NCBI GenBank assembly: GCA_045046875.1
Contig: JASFYY010000129.1
Coordinates: 1 to 53,389, forward strand
Origin: Verrucomicrobiota bacterium
GTDB lineage: Bacteria > Verrucomicrobiota > Verrucomicrobiia > Verrucomicrobiales > DEV007
Direction: 5' to 3'
Length of the DNA stretch: 53,389 nt
Part shown: piece by piece, positions 1 through 9,850 of the stretch
Position numbering within the stretch: the stretch's first letter is position 1
Layout of the letters: each line of letters starts with the position of its first letter
Made by a program: the position numbers and the translations under genes
Notes under the pieces: model-generated
Told to the model about the DNA's origin: nothing
The model's database searches: none
The model's input: the letters and a program-made list of their open reading frames with translations, nothing else

Positions 1-1
1 T

Positions 2-823
2 GGACTGACCTCTCCGATCACCTACCAGGAGTATGGGGATGATTTGATCAAAGTGTTGGAGATGCGCAAGCGCGTGGGTATGCCTGCCAAATCTCTTTAT
101 ACGATTGGGCAAAGAGCGGGTAATTCCAGTGATCCTAAACAGTTGCAAGACTTGCAGCAGAAAGTGAAGCAGTGGATTGAGTTGGCGAAAGAATATGGTT
201 ATGAAGACGTATATATTTACGGTTTTGATGAAGCTAAAGGCGACGAAATGGCATCACAACGAGCGGCTTGGAAAGCGGTTCGGGATGCGGGAGCTAAGAC
301 TTTTGCCGCGGGTTATCAAGGCTCTTTTGAAGCTGTGGGAGATCTGCAGGATTTGATCGTATTGGCTTATAAACCGGATCCCAGGGAGGCGGAGAAATAT
401 CACAGTGTGGGGCATCAGATTCTCAGTTACGCCAATCCGCAGTGTGGGCCGGAAGTGCCGGAAACCTTTCGTCGCAATTATGGTCTATTACTCTGGAAAA
501 GTAATTTTGATGGGGCGATGGATTATGCTTATCATCGTGGTTTTGGTCATGTTTGGAATGACTTTGATGATGTGAGGTATCGCGATCATGTGATGGCCTA
601 CCCTACGGTCGATGGTGTGATCGATACATTGCAGTGGGAAGGGTATCGGGAGGCGGTGGATGACACCCGTTACCTGGCCACTTTGCAGAAAAAAATTATT
701 GAAGCGCCCAAGGCCAGGCAACAAGAAGCCAAGGCTGCAGAAAAATGGCTGGAAGACTTGGATATTGATGGTGACCTTTATGTTATTCGCAAAAAAATGA
801 TCGAGTGGATCCTGAAACTTTAG
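2..823 (+). CDS. Partial (5'-truncated) hypothetical protein, GH123/DUF4091-like C-terminal region
   Basis: Frame is open from position 2. Motifs YIYGFDEA, RRNYGLLLW and LQWEGYREAVDDTRYLATL resemble the C-terminus of GH123-like proteins. Confidence 0.55.
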   Translation, partial: GLTSPITYQEYGDDLIKVLEMRKRVGMPAKSLYTIGQRAGNSSDPKQLQDLQQKVKQWIELAKEYGYEDVYIYGFDEAKGDEMASQRAAWKAVRDAGAKTFAAGYQGSFEAVGDLQDLIVLAYKPDPREAEKYHSVGHQILSYANPQCGPEVPETFRRNYGLLLWKSNFDGAMDYAYHRGFGHVWNDFDDVRYRDHVMAYPTVDGVIDTLQWEGYREAVDDTRYLATLQKKIIEAPKARQQEAKAAEKWLEDLDIDGDLYVIRKKMIEWILKL

Positions 824-950
824 ATAAGGGCTAGGGGCTTAGGGAATTCTGGAGCGGTGATTACCATGATAGAAGCGTTTTTTTTAACCATTGAGACTTT
901 TGATGGAGTTTTTTCTGTTGTCCGGGAGGCGGGCGTTCTAGAATGATGTC

Positions 951-1842
951 ATGGATTTATGGCAAACGAGGGTGACCGTGAGATGGCTGTTGGTGAGGGT
1001 GCTCGCTGGGCATGTTTTGTTGGCGGGAGTTTTCAGTGCAGCAGCTGAAGACGCCTTCATCGAGGTGAAGGTTGATGCGGGCAAGGTGGTGAAGCAGCAA
1101 CTGTATGCGGATTCGAGGGTGGCTTGTGGGCCGACGGCGATGTTGAATATGTTGCGGCAGGGGACGCCGAAGATGCAGGCGGCTTACGCTTCGTTGGTGG
1201 GGGGGGGATGAGCGCACCCGTTTGCGTTTTGTGATTGATCGTTATTTTAACAACAAACACTCGGTGGTATTTCCACGGGCAAAACGTCTGGGGCATCACG
1301 GGGTGTTCCCTTTGGATCTCAAAAATGCTTGCAACGAGTTGTTGCAGGAAAAAGGGATCGAAGGTTTGGAACGTTTGGAACTGAGTCGTCGGAAGGGAGA
1401 GGGGGATCACGATTTTCTGGAGCGGGTGCATGGAGAATTGAGCAGCTCTTTGCGCCGAGGTGTGCCGCCGATGATCCAATTGCGCTCTTACGCGGCACTG
1501 CGGGACAAACAGGGTAGTTCGAAGGTGATGTGGCAGGCGACGAATAATCATTTTGTGGTGGTGACCCGCGTGCCGGCTGTTTTGAGGGAGCAGGACGGAG
1601 GTTTTGCGATTGATTTGATCGACCCCAATGGTGGGCGTTTGCTCACGGCTTATGTTTTTGGAGAGCGCCATCTGCCTTTCCGTGCGGAAAAATCTACCAG
1701 CAGTCCGGCGTCGCCCGAGTGGTTGACGGGGCGACCGTTTTTGCTTGTCAAAGCGCCCGGGGTGGTGTCGCTTCAGCCTCACAAGGCGACTTGGGAGGAT
1801 CGTGTGATAGTGACTTTAAGTGAGGCGATTGGCCGTTTTTGA
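951..1842 (+). pseudogene. Secreted C39-like cysteine peptidase split by a frameshift at a G9 tract (ORFs 951..1211 and 1222..1842)
   Basis: ORF1 has a signal peptide and KQQ..ACGP (Cys). ORF2 has NNHFVVV (His) and IDPNGG (Asp). Removing one G from the run at 1199-1207 joins them into a 296-aa ORF. Confidence 0.7.
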
Positions 1843-1859
1843 TATTTTTGTGAACTGAG

Positions 1860-2531
1860 ATGAAGATCGATATACTAACGATTTTTCCGGAGATCTGTCG
1901 TGGACCATTAAGCGAGAGCATCATGGGGCGTGCCCAGGAGGCGGGGGCGGTGGAGATTGCGGTGCATGATCTGCGTGACTGGACGACGGATAAACATCGG
2001 CGGGTGGATGACGAGCCTTTTGGTGGAGGGCCGGGTATGGTGATGAAGGTCGAGCCGTTTTTTGCGGCGGTGGAGGAATTGCGCACGGAGCGCACCAAGG
2101 TGGTATTGCTGACTCCGCAGGGGACTTGTTTTGATCAGGCGATGGCGCGCGGTTTTTCCCAGGAGCAGCATTTGATCTTGCTGTGCGGGCACTATGAGGG
2201 CGTGGATCACCGGGTGGTGGAGGCTTTGGTCGATGTGGAATTATCGATCGGGGACTATGTGCTCACTAATGGGGCGATCGCGGCGACGGTGGTGGTGGAT
2301 GCGATCGTGAGGTTGATACCGGGGGTGCTGGGGGATGATCAGTCGGTGGAGGAGGAGTCGTTTTCAGACAGTCAGTTGATCGAGGGGCCGCATTACACCC
2401 GGCCGCGTGAGTTTCGTGGGATGGAGGTGCCGGAGGTGTTGTTGTCCGGGCATCACGCGAAGATTGTGGAGTGGCGGCGGCAGCGGGCGGAGCAGCGGAC
2501 GAGAAAGAATCGGCCGGATTTGTTGGGGTGA
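1860..2531 (+). CDS. trmD: tRNA (guanine37-N1)-methyltransferase
   Basis: [11 protein letters not shown] start; [32 protein letters not shown] and VLLSGHH motifs. Confidence 0.97.
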   Translation: MKIDILTIFPEICRGPLSESIMGRAQEAGAVEIAVHDLRDWTTDKHRRVDDEPFGGGPGMVMKVEPFFAAVEELRTERTKVVLLTPQGTCFDQAMARGFSQEQHLILLCGHYEGVDHRVVEALVDVELSIGDYVLTNGAIAATVVVDAIVRLIPGVLGDDQSVEEESFSDSQLIEGPHYTRPREFRGMEVPEVLLSGHHAKIVEWRRQRAEQRTRKNRPDLLG

Positions 2532-2559
2532 GGGGGGCGCACTGCACGGAAAGGAATTG

Positions 2560-2594
2560 TAACCACTGATTTCACTGATAAACACTGATGGGAA
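2560..2594. repeat. Left arm of a 35-bp perfect inverted repeat made of CACTGAT units
   Basis: taaccactgatttcactgataaacactgatgggaa is the exact reverse complement of 3480-3514. Confidence 0.9.
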
Positions 2595-2626
2595 AGGAAG
2601 ATGAATTAGGCATTAGGCTCCCTTTT

Positions 2627-3385
2627 TTAAAGATCCAGTTCTAATACGACGGGGCAGTGGTCGGAGCCCAGGGTGTCGCTGTGGATGGTGGCGTTGCTGA
2701 GCGAGGGAAGCAGTTGTGGGGAGATGCCGAAATAATCGAGGCGCCAACCGACGTTGTTGGCGCGGGCGTTGGCGCGGTAGCTCCACCAGGAGTAGTGGCC
2801 GGTTTCGCCGGGGTGCAGGTGGCGGAAGCTGTCGATGAACCCAGCGGCGATGAGGTTGTCAAAACCGGCGCGCTCTTCGTCGGAGAAACCGGGGTTGCGG
2901 CGATTTTGTTTGGGGCGGGCAAGATCGATTTCCTGGTGGGCGACGTTGAGGTCGCCGGTGAAGACCACGGCTTTGGTTTTTCCCAGTTTCAGCAGATGAG
3001 CGAGAAAAGCGGCGTCCCATGATTGGCGGTAGGGCAGGCGGCGCAGTTCGTTTTGGGAATTGGGGGTGTAGACGTTGACGAGATAGAAATCGGGGTATTC
3101 CAGGGTGAGAACCCGGCCTTCGTTGTCATGTTCGGCGATGCCGAGGCCTTGTTGCACGTTGAGGGGTTCTTGTTTGCTGAAAACGGCGGTGCCGGAGTAG
3201 CCTTTTTTTCCGGCGCTGTTCCAATAGTCGTGGTAACCGGTCAGAACCGGGTGTTCCACTTGATCGGGGTGAGCCTTGGTTTCCTGGATGCAGAGGATGT
3301 CGGGCTGTTCACCTTCGACATAAGCAACAAAGTCTTTTTTCAGAGCGGCACGGATGCCATTTACATTCCAAGAGATCAGTTTCAT
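2627..3385 (-). CDS. xth: Exodeoxyribonuclease III / AP endonuclease
   Basis: [41 protein letters not shown] and SDHCPV motifs. Confidence 0.95.
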   Translation of the reverse strand: MKLISWNVNGIRAALKKDFVAYVEGEQPDILCIQETKAHPDQVEHPVLTGYHDYWNSAGKKGYSGTAVFSKQEPLNVQQGLGIAEHDNEGRVLTLEYPDFYLVNVYTPNSQNELRRLPYRQSWDAAFLAHLLKLGKTKAVVFTGDLNVAHQEIDLARPKQNRRNPGFSDEERAGFDNLIAAGFIDSFRHLHPGETGHYSWWSYRANARANNVGWRLDYFGISPQLLPSLSNATIHSDTLGSDHCPVVLELDL

Positions 3386-3437
3386 AAAATTGATTATTTT
3401 TTCACACGACGCGACATTTTCTTAATCGAGGAATACA

Positions 3438-3514
3438 ACCACTGATGAGCAGATAAACACTGATTTGCATCATTTTTTCTTCCCATCAGTGTTTATCAGT
3501 GAAATCAGTGGTTA
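3438..3514. repeat. CACTGAT-unit element: degenerate direct copy (3438-3463) plus the right arm of the 35-bp inverted repeat (3480-3514)
   Basis: accactgatgagcagataaacactgat is followed by ttcccatcagtgtttatcagtgaaatcagtggtta; the two halves can pair locally. Confidence 0.85.
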
Positions 3515-3750
3515 TAATTTTTTTTTGCCGTGCGTGTTATTTTTTAGACAAGAAAAATTAAGTTTAACGCTCCTACTCTGTAAATGATGGGTGTTGTGAT
3601 TTCCAGAGATGATTTTGAGAAGCTGTCCGTGGGGGCAGGTGGTGGTTTTTCCTTGAAAGGTCGGGGACCTGTGGCACAGGTAACGGCTGTCCGGCTGATG
3701 AGTGGGCAGAATAGTGGCTAAATGAGCCTTGATGACACATTGAAAACAAG

Positions 3751-4710
3751 ATGATCGAAGTTCGAAATCTCAGTAAACACTTTGGCGGGAAGGTGGCGGT
3801 GGACCAACTGTCCTTCACTGTCAAAAAAGGTGAGGTGCTTGGTTTTCTCGGGCCGAACGGAGCCGGGAAGTCCACGACGATGCGTATGATCACTGGTTAT
3901 CTGCCGATGACAGGAGGTTCGGTGAGCATTGGCGGAGCGGATGTGGTGGAGGATGAACTGACCGCTAAAGCGCGCATTGGTTATCTGCCGGAGAACGCGC
4001 CGCTTTACAATGATATGTCGGTTGACGGTTTTTTGCGTTTTGCTGCGGAGTTGCGCCGGGTGCCGGCTTCGCAGATCAATGATGCGGTGGATAAAGCGGT
4101 GGAGACGTGTTTTTTGCAATCGGTGCGCCAACAGAGCATCGATACTTTGTCTAAGGGTTACCGTCACCGCACCTGTTTGGCTCAGTCGATTATTCATGAC
4201 CCCGATGTTTTGATTTTGGACGAACCTACCGATGGTTTGGATCCTAATCAGAAACATGAAGCGCGTGAATTGATTCGCCGCATGGGGAAAGACAAGGCGA
4301 TTATTTTTTCTACCCACATCCTTGAAGAGGTCGAGGCGGCCTGCTCGCGGGCGATCATTATCGATCAGGGGCGCATCGTGGCGGACGGCACGCCGAACGA
4401 GTTGAAACAGCAGGCGGCGCATGCAGGAGTGGTGGTGGCGAGGCTTAGAGGCCTGGCTGGCACGGGCATCAAGCAGGAGCTGGAGCGTTTGAGTGAGTGC
4501 AAGAGTTTGGAAGTGAGTGACTCCGGTGAGGATACTATTTGTGCCCGGGTGGATCCGGCCAAGGGGAAAACGAGCGAGGACTTGTCTTCGGCGATTTTCA
4601 GAATGGCAGTTGATAAAAATTTGACGGTTGAAGAACTCAGAATCGAGGAAGGGCGTCTGGATGATGTTTTCCGCCAAGTAACCCAATCGGACACGGCTAC
4701 AAAGGCCTGA
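3751..4710 (+). CDS. ABC transporter ATP-binding protein (GldA-like)
   Basis: GPNGAGKST Walker A, LSKGY signature, ILDEPT Walker B, STHIL H-loop. Confidence 0.92.
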   Translation: MIEVRNLSKHFGGKVAVDQLSFTVKKGEVLGFLGPNGAGKSTTMRMITGYLPMTGGSVSIGGADVVEDELTAKARIGYLPENAPLYNDMSVDGFLRFAAELRRVPASQINDAVDKAVETCFLQSVRQQSIDTLSKGYRHRTCLAQSIIHDPDVLILDEPTDGLDPNQKHEARELIRRMGKDKAIIFSTHILEEVEAACSRAIIIDQGRIVADGTPNELKQQAAHAGVVVARLRGLAGTGIKQELERLSECKSLEVSDSGEDTICARVDPAKGKTSEDLSSAIFRMAVDKNLTVEELRIEEGRLDDVFRQVTQSDTATKA

Positions 4711-4746
4711 ATTTGAGTAAGTATTTCATTGAACTGACCACGGATA

Positions 4747-5580
4747 ATGGGAAACGCGATTAACAACGTTCTGCTGGATTTTGCACTGCCTTCCTTGGTG
4801 GTGTGCTTGGTGTTTTTGGTGTTATTAAAATTTGTGGCTCCGCCTGCGGTGCGCACGGTTTTTAAACGGGAGGTGCGCAGTTATTTTATGTCGCCGATCG
4901 CCTACGTCTGCGTGGTGACTTTTTTACTGGTCTCGAACGGGATTTCGTTTTGGTTCGGCGGCGTGCTGGAGCGTGGAGAAGCGGATTTGTATATGTCCTA
5001 TTTCCAGTATCTGCCTTGGTTCTTTATTGTGGTAGCTCCGGCGGTGGGGATGCGTTTGTGGTCGGAGGAGCAGCGTCTGGGCACTATGGAATTGATGCTG
5101 ACGATGCCGATTGCGCCATGGCAGGCGATTTTGGGCAAATACCTGGCGGCCAGTGTGGTTTTGTTTTCGATGTTGGTATTGTCTTTCCCGATTGTGCTGA
5201 CGGTGAACTATCTGGGCAGCCCGGATAACGGAGTGATGTTGTCGGGTTTTGTGGCGAGCTTGTTGGTGGCCTTGAGCTTTTTGTCGATCACTTCGCTGGT
5301 ATCAGCGTTTACCCGCAGTCAGATTGTGGCTTTGTTGATTTCCATCGGCCTGTGTTTGTTTGTGTGGCTGGTGGGTTTGCAACCGGTATCGGACTCCTTG
5401 TTGAAGGTGTTCCCATCGATGCCGTGGATATCGAGTTTTGTTTCCGGTCTGAGTGTGCTGACTCATTTTAATGAGCTGAGCAAGGGCATCCTGGTGAGCC
5501 GTGACCTGATTTTCTTTTTGAGTTTTATTGGCTTCTGCCTGTTCGGAACGGCAGTGGGGTTAAGATTAAATCGATCCTAG
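4747..5580 (+). CDS. ABC-2 permease (GldF-like)
   Basis: FKRE..YF.SPIAY, MRLWSEE.R.GT.ELMLTMP and GKYLA motifs; multiple TM helices. Confidence 0.9.
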   Translation: MGNAINNVLLDFALPSLVVCLVFLVLLKFVAPPAVRTVFKREVRSYFMSPIAYVCVVTFLLVSNGISFWFGGVLERGEADLYMSYFQYLPWFFIVVAPAVGMRLWSEEQRLGTMELMLTMPIAPWQAILGKYLAASVVLFSMLVLSFPIVLTVNYLGSPDNGVMLSGFVASLLVALSFLSITSLVSAFTRSQIVALLISIGLCLFVWLVGLQPVSDSLLKVFPSMPWISSFVSGLSVLTHFNELSKGILVSRDLIFFLSFIGFCLFGTAVGLRLNRS

Positions 5581-5623
5581 GAAGTGGATATTTGGGGAAA
5601 ATTGAGAATTTAAAATACCTGCG

Positions 5624-7597
5624 ATGAGCGAGTCCAACGACACAGCGGTGACAAACGACAATATTAAACCGCGTGAAAATCGAATTTTCTACACCTTGAT
5701 TGGTGTGGCGGTGGTGTTTTCCATAGTGATTCTGGTGAATTATATCGCCGGTATGGTGAACTTGCGTCTCGATTTGACGGAGAACAAGATTTACACTTTG
5801 GCGGACGGAACCAAGCGGATTTTGTCCCGTATTGATACTCCGGTGACGATTCGATATTATGTCACCGATGACTCGGATGTGATGAGTCCGGCCGAGCGCA
5901 CTTATGCGAGGCGGGTGGATGATTTTTTGAAGGAATTTCAAAAAGCTGCCAATGGGCAAATCACGATCAAACGACTGAATCCTGAACCGGACACGGACGC
6001 GGAGGACTCGGCTAGACTTGATGGAGTGGGGCCTGGTATGTCTCGTGAGACGGGCAGTCAGGTTTACATGGGTTTGGCGATTGAGTGCGTGGATCAACGT
6101 GAGGTATTGCCGTTTTTGCCGGCGCGTCCTGAGACTTTGCTGGAGTATGACTTGGCGCGGGCGATTTCCCGGGTGTTGGTGGGAGAAAAAGCGAAGGTGG
6201 CGGTAATGACCAGTCTCAAGGTGGCCGGGGGTATGGCGATGGGCGGCATGATGGGGCAGCAACGCCCTGAGGAACCGTGGTTTTTTTACTCGGATATGCT
6301 CAAGGATTATGACGTGCAGACGATTCCGATCAGCAGCAAGGAAGTGCCGGCGGATATTGATGTGTTGATCGTATTGCATCCCTACGACATCACTGATGAA
6401 GGGCAGTTTGCTATCGATCAGTATTTACTGAAAGGCGGCAAGGTGATGATTTTGGTGGATCCAAAATTATTCGCAGCGCGTTTTTTGAGCCCGCCACCCA
6501 ATCCGCAAATGCCGCAGCCAGGTGGACCGGCGCCTTCGTCCAATGTGGATAAATTGTTCGCTGCCTGGGGCATCGAATTCAAAGCCAACGAGGTGTTGTT
6601 GGATATGAAATATCAAACCCAGATCCGTGGGGGCGAATACGCTCCGACTATTCTGTCGTTTTCTGAAGAGGCCTTGAATGACGAGGATGCGATTACCAGT
6701 CATTTGAACGATATTTTCACCATCATGCCGGGTGCTTTTTTAGGGCAACCTAAAGAGGGGATCAACAAGGATGTGTTGTTGCATTCTTCCAAACTGAATC
6801 AGTTGGTAAGCAGTTTTTCCGCAGATCCAACTCAGGATGGCAATGTGGCGAACATGCGGGAGAATTACAAGGAATCGGGTGAAGAGCGGGCTTTGATCAT
6901 GCGCTTGAGCGGGGCTTTTCCAAGTGCCTTTCCAGAGGGGGATCCGGCAGCGAAAAAGGATGAGGATAAAAAAGACGGCGATGACAAAAAGGCTGATGAA
7001 AAGAAAGAGCCGGAAGCTGCTCCCGCATTAAAGAAAAGCGAAAAGGACGGGGTGGTATTGCTGTTCTCTGATGCCGATATGATCTATGACCAGTTTTGTG
7101 TGCAGAAGCAGAATATACTGGGTCAGACTTTTGTTCAGATGACCAATGGCAATATCAGCTTGTTTCAAAATGCTGTGGAGCAAATGGCAGGAGATCCGGA
7201 ATTGATCAATGTGCGCAGTCGCTCGTCTGCGAGACGCCCTTTTACCAAGCTCAATGAGATCCTGCGTAAAGCAGAATCGAAATACATGGGCAAGGTGCGT
7301 GAACTGGAAGATGAACGTCGAGCCGCGGAAGCTCGTCTGAATGAAATCCAGGCTAACAAACCTGAGGGGCAAGAGGCCATTCTGACGGTTGAGCAACAAG
7401 ATGAAATTGAGGACTTTCAGAAAAAAGCAGTCGAAGCGAACAAGGAATTGCGGGAGGTGCGCAAGGATCTGCGACGTGAGTTTGACTCGTTGCAGGCTTT
7501 GATCAAAATCGGTAATACCTTCGCAGTGGCGCTGTTGGTTATTTTAATCGGCATTCTGCTTGCCCTGTTTCGTAGAGCTCGCACAGCCGCACGATAG
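5624..7597 (+). CDS. GldG-family ABC auxiliary protein
   Basis: N-terminal TM, RLDLTENKIYTL..GT, LEYDL..AI, AIDQYLLKGGK, C-terminal coiled coil and TM. Confidence 0.88.
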   Translation: MSESNDTAVTNDNIKPRENRIFYTLIGVAVVFSIVILVNYIAGMVNLRLDLTENKIYTLADGTKRILSRIDTPVTIRYYVTDDSDVMSPAERTYARRVDDFLKEFQKAANGQITIKRLNPEPDTDAEDSARLDGVGPGMSRETGSQVYMGLAIECVDQREVLPFLPARPETLLEYDLARAISRVLVGEKAKVAVMTSLKVAGGMAMGGMMGQQRPEEPWFFYSDMLKDYDVQTIPISSKEVPADIDVLIVLHPYDITDEGQFAIDQYLLKGGKVMILVDPKLFAARFLSPPPNPQMPQPGGPAPSSNVDKLFAAWGIEFKANEVLLDMKYQTQIRGGEYAPTILSFSEEALNDEDAITSHLNDIFTIMPGAFLGQPKEGINKDVLLHSSKLNQLVSSFSADPTQDGNVANMRENYKESGEERALIMRLSGAFPSAFPEGDPAAKKDEDKKDGDDKKADEKKEPEAAPALKKSEKDGVVLLFSDADMIYDQFCVQKQNILGQTFVQMTNGNISLFQNAVEQMAGDPELINVRSRSSARRPFTKLNEILRKAESKYMGKVRELEDERRAAEARLNEIQANKPEGQEAILTVEQQDEIEDFQKKAVEANKELREVRKDLRREFDSLQALIKIGNTFAVALLVILIGILLALFRRARTAAR

Positions 7598-7651
7598 CAT
7601 CAGGAGGTTGGAAAAGGTCTTGGGAAAAACTTAGCAAAGAAAAAAGCAGTC

Positions 7652-9253
7652 ATGGGAAAAAAGCAGCTTAAATCTCTTCTTATTCTACTCGTTGTGATGG
7701 CCGCTGTGGCGGCAGCGTTGACGATGACGCAAACGGGTAAGGTAGAGAAGTCCAGAAGTATCAATGATCGGGATGAGTTGATTACGGATTTCCCTATCAA
7801 TGATGTGGCTGAGGTGAAAATAGAAACAGCGGATGAGTCGGTGACCTTGAAACAAGGTGAGTCGGGCTGGACGGTGTCCGAGCGCGGGGCTTATGCGGCC
7901 AAATCAGATCAGGTAGCGAAGTTTTTGCGCATGATCTGGGGATTGAAGATTGTCCAGATTGTTCAAGTGGGAGAGTCACAGTATGGCCGCCTTCATTTGC
8001 AGGCTCGTGGCGAAGGTAAGAAAAAAAAGAAGGGTGAGGTTGAGAAGACGATCTACTTTAAAGATAAGGAAGGCAAAACTTTGCATACGCTTTATCTGGG
8101 TAAGGACTATGAACGTATGGAGAATCGCCCTAGTCCGTTTGGTGGTGGGCCTAGCATGAGTAAGATCGGACGTTATGTGAAAAGTGCGGAGGGTGACGGG
8201 GTGTTTTTGGTAGGGGAAACTTTTGCCGATGCGGACACGGATCCGTCTAAGTGGTTGGATGAGCAATTTTTCAAGATCGAGAACATCAAGGCGGTGGAGA
8301 TCAAGTCGGGCAATAAAGAGGAGGATTGGAAATTGTCTCGTGACGAGCCAGATGGGGAGTTTGTTTTGGCAGGTGTCAAAAAAGACGAGAAGTATGATGC
8401 AACCCGCGCCAATGCGATGAAAAACGCTTTTTCCAGTCCGCGTTTTGAAGATATATTGATCGGCGAAGCTGCAGCTAAAAAACCGAACAAGACGACTTTT
8501 CTGATCGATACCTTTGCCGGTTTTCACTATGTGGTGAAAGTGGGGAAAAAGAATGATTTGAATGAATATCTGCTGACGGTGGATGTGACGGCGAAACTGG
8601 ATGAGAAACGCGCTGCGGTGAAGGATGAGAGCGAAGAGGATAAAAAGAAAAACGACGAAGCTTTTGTGGTGGCGATGAAAGCCCAAAAAGAGAAACTCGC
8701 TTTTGAAAAAAGTTTGTCTGGCAAAGTGTTCAAGGTGCGTTCCTATGTGGTTGATTCGATTAATAAAAAACGCGCTGACCTGATGAAGCAGGACAAGCCG
8801 GCGGCAGGTGGCCAGCCCGGTGGAATGCCGGGAATGCCAGCTGGGTTTCCGGGTGGCGGCGGTGGTTTTCCTGGCGGGGGCGGGGCTGGCGGCATCCCAC
8901 CTGAGATGCTGCAAAAGATACTTTCAGGAGCCAAAATGCCAGGCGGGCATCCACCGGTGAAGCAGGCCGCGCCACCTGTGCCCCCAGCTCCGACACCAAA
9001 AGCTAAGGCCGGTGGAGTTAAAAAACCGCAAGCAGGAAAAGCGGCCCCCAAAAAAGTTGAAGCTAAGAAAGCCGATGTGAAAGTAGGCGAGGATAAAAAA
9101 TCCGCAGCTGAAGTGCCCAAACCAGCTGCAAAACCAGCTGCCAAAAAAGAGGAAAAGAAAAGTCCTGCCAAAGCGGATCAAGCTGAACCGCAAGCAGGCA
9201 AACCTGCCGGAGAGAAAAGCGGAAAGAGTGCCCCGGCACCAGCTGCCAAATAA
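7652..9253 (+). CDS. DUF4340-like protein with a long low-complexity C-terminal tail
   Basis: Fourth gene of the Gld-like operon; N-terminal TM; G/P/M-rich then K/A/P-rich tail. Confidence 0.75.
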   Translation: MGKKQLKSLLILLVVMAAVAAALTMTQTGKVEKSRSINDRDELITDFPINDVAEVKIETADESVTLKQGESGWTVSERGAYAAKSDQVAKFLRMIWGLKIVQIVQVGESQYGRLHLQARGEGKKKKKGEVEKTIYFKDKEGKTLHTLYLGKDYERMENRPSPFGGGPSMSKIGRYVKSAEGDGVFLVGETFADADTDPSKWLDEQFFKIENIKAVEIKSGNKEEDWKLSRDEPDGEFVLAGVKKDEKYDATRANAMKNAFSSPRFEDILIGEAAAKKPNKTTFLIDTFAGFHYVVKVGKKNDLNEYLLTVDVTAKLDEKRAAVKDESEEDKKKNDEAFVVAMKAQKEKLAFEKSLSGKVFKVRSYVVDSINKKRADLMKQDKPAAGGQPGGMPGMPAGFPGGGGGFPGGGGAGGIPPEMLQKILSGAKMPGGHPPVKQAAPPVPPAPTPKAKAGGVKKPQAGKAAPKKVEAKKADVKVGEDKKSAAEVPKPAAKPAAKKEEKKSPAKADQAEPQAGKPAGEKSGKSAPAPAAK

Positions 9254-9319
9254 TGGCAAGACTGGAATTGGTGGGGGAGCGGTAAGTTTATTTACGGGGG
9301 AAATGTGGAGTTTTCACGA

Positions 9320-9347
9320 TTTGTCAAGAATTGTTGCCTGACCCCTA
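9320..9347 (+). repeat. 28-bp element duplicated exactly at 29508-29535
   Basis: tttgtcaagaattgttgcctgaccccta at both sites, each between convergent genes. Confidence 0.9.
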
Positions 9348-9358
9348 TTTGTGTTTTT

Positions 9359-9844
9359 TTAGAAAAAGCTGAAGCCTCGGGTTCCGGCTACGGCTCCCAT
9401 GATGGCGATCAGGCTCAGAGTGAGTAGGATCACGTGCAGACGTTGCAGCCATTTGAAGGCATTTTCGGAATCTTTGGCGGCTTGTTCGCTGAACCAGCGG
9501 TGTAGAAAAAGGGGCTCCAATACAAAGAGCACTAGGGTGAAAATAAACCATACTAAAGTCATCAAATGCATCCACCAGAATGTGGGTTCAGTGTAGCGGC
9601 TCCAGGCATTGAGAAACCAGGTCATATAAAAACCGGACAGTCCTGTGATGGTGGTCACTATCTTTGCTTGCAGTGCAAAACGGCGTTCCAGTTTTTCAAA
9701 AAGTTCAAAACGTTTGCGGGTGTCGGGCAAGCTTCTCAATGCGGGGATCAACACGGTGGTCACAAAAGCGACTCCGCCAATCCACAAAACCACGCCGATG
9801 ACATGTAGCACTCTAGCGAAGATGAAGAGTTCGATGTTTCTCAT
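9359..9844 (-). CDS. Four-TM membrane protein (CopD-like hypothetical)
   Basis: ARVLHVIGVVLWIGG N-terminus; four hydrophobic segments, several His residues. Confidence 0.75.
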   Translation of the reverse strand: MRNIELFIFARVLHVIGVVLWIGGVAFVTTVLIPALRSLPDTRKRFELFEKLERRFALQAKIVTTITGLSGFYMTWFLNAWSRYTEPTFWWMHLMTLVWFIFTLVLFVLEPLFLHRWFSEQAAKDSENAFKWLQRLHVILLTLSLIAIMGAVAGTRGFSFF

Positions 9845-9850
9845 GTTTTT

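Noticed and set aside
2560..3514. CACTGAT repeats as a CRISPR array
   Set aside because: Units are 7 bp with 2-3-bp gaps, there are no unique spacers, and no cas genes are present.
3672..3690. Sigma-54 promoter (tggcac...) upstream of the ABC operon
   Set aside because: No TTGC at the required spacing; the GC is off by one.
3718..6379. Long antisense ORFs (3718-4686, 5525-6379; likewise 7976-8914, 36168-37349, 52460-53047)
   Set aside because: Shadow frames of well-supported genes, with no recognisable motifs.
3751..9253. Gliding motility locus
   Set aside because: GldA/F/G-like ABC operons are widespread in non-gliding taxa, and no gldK-N or spr genes are present here.
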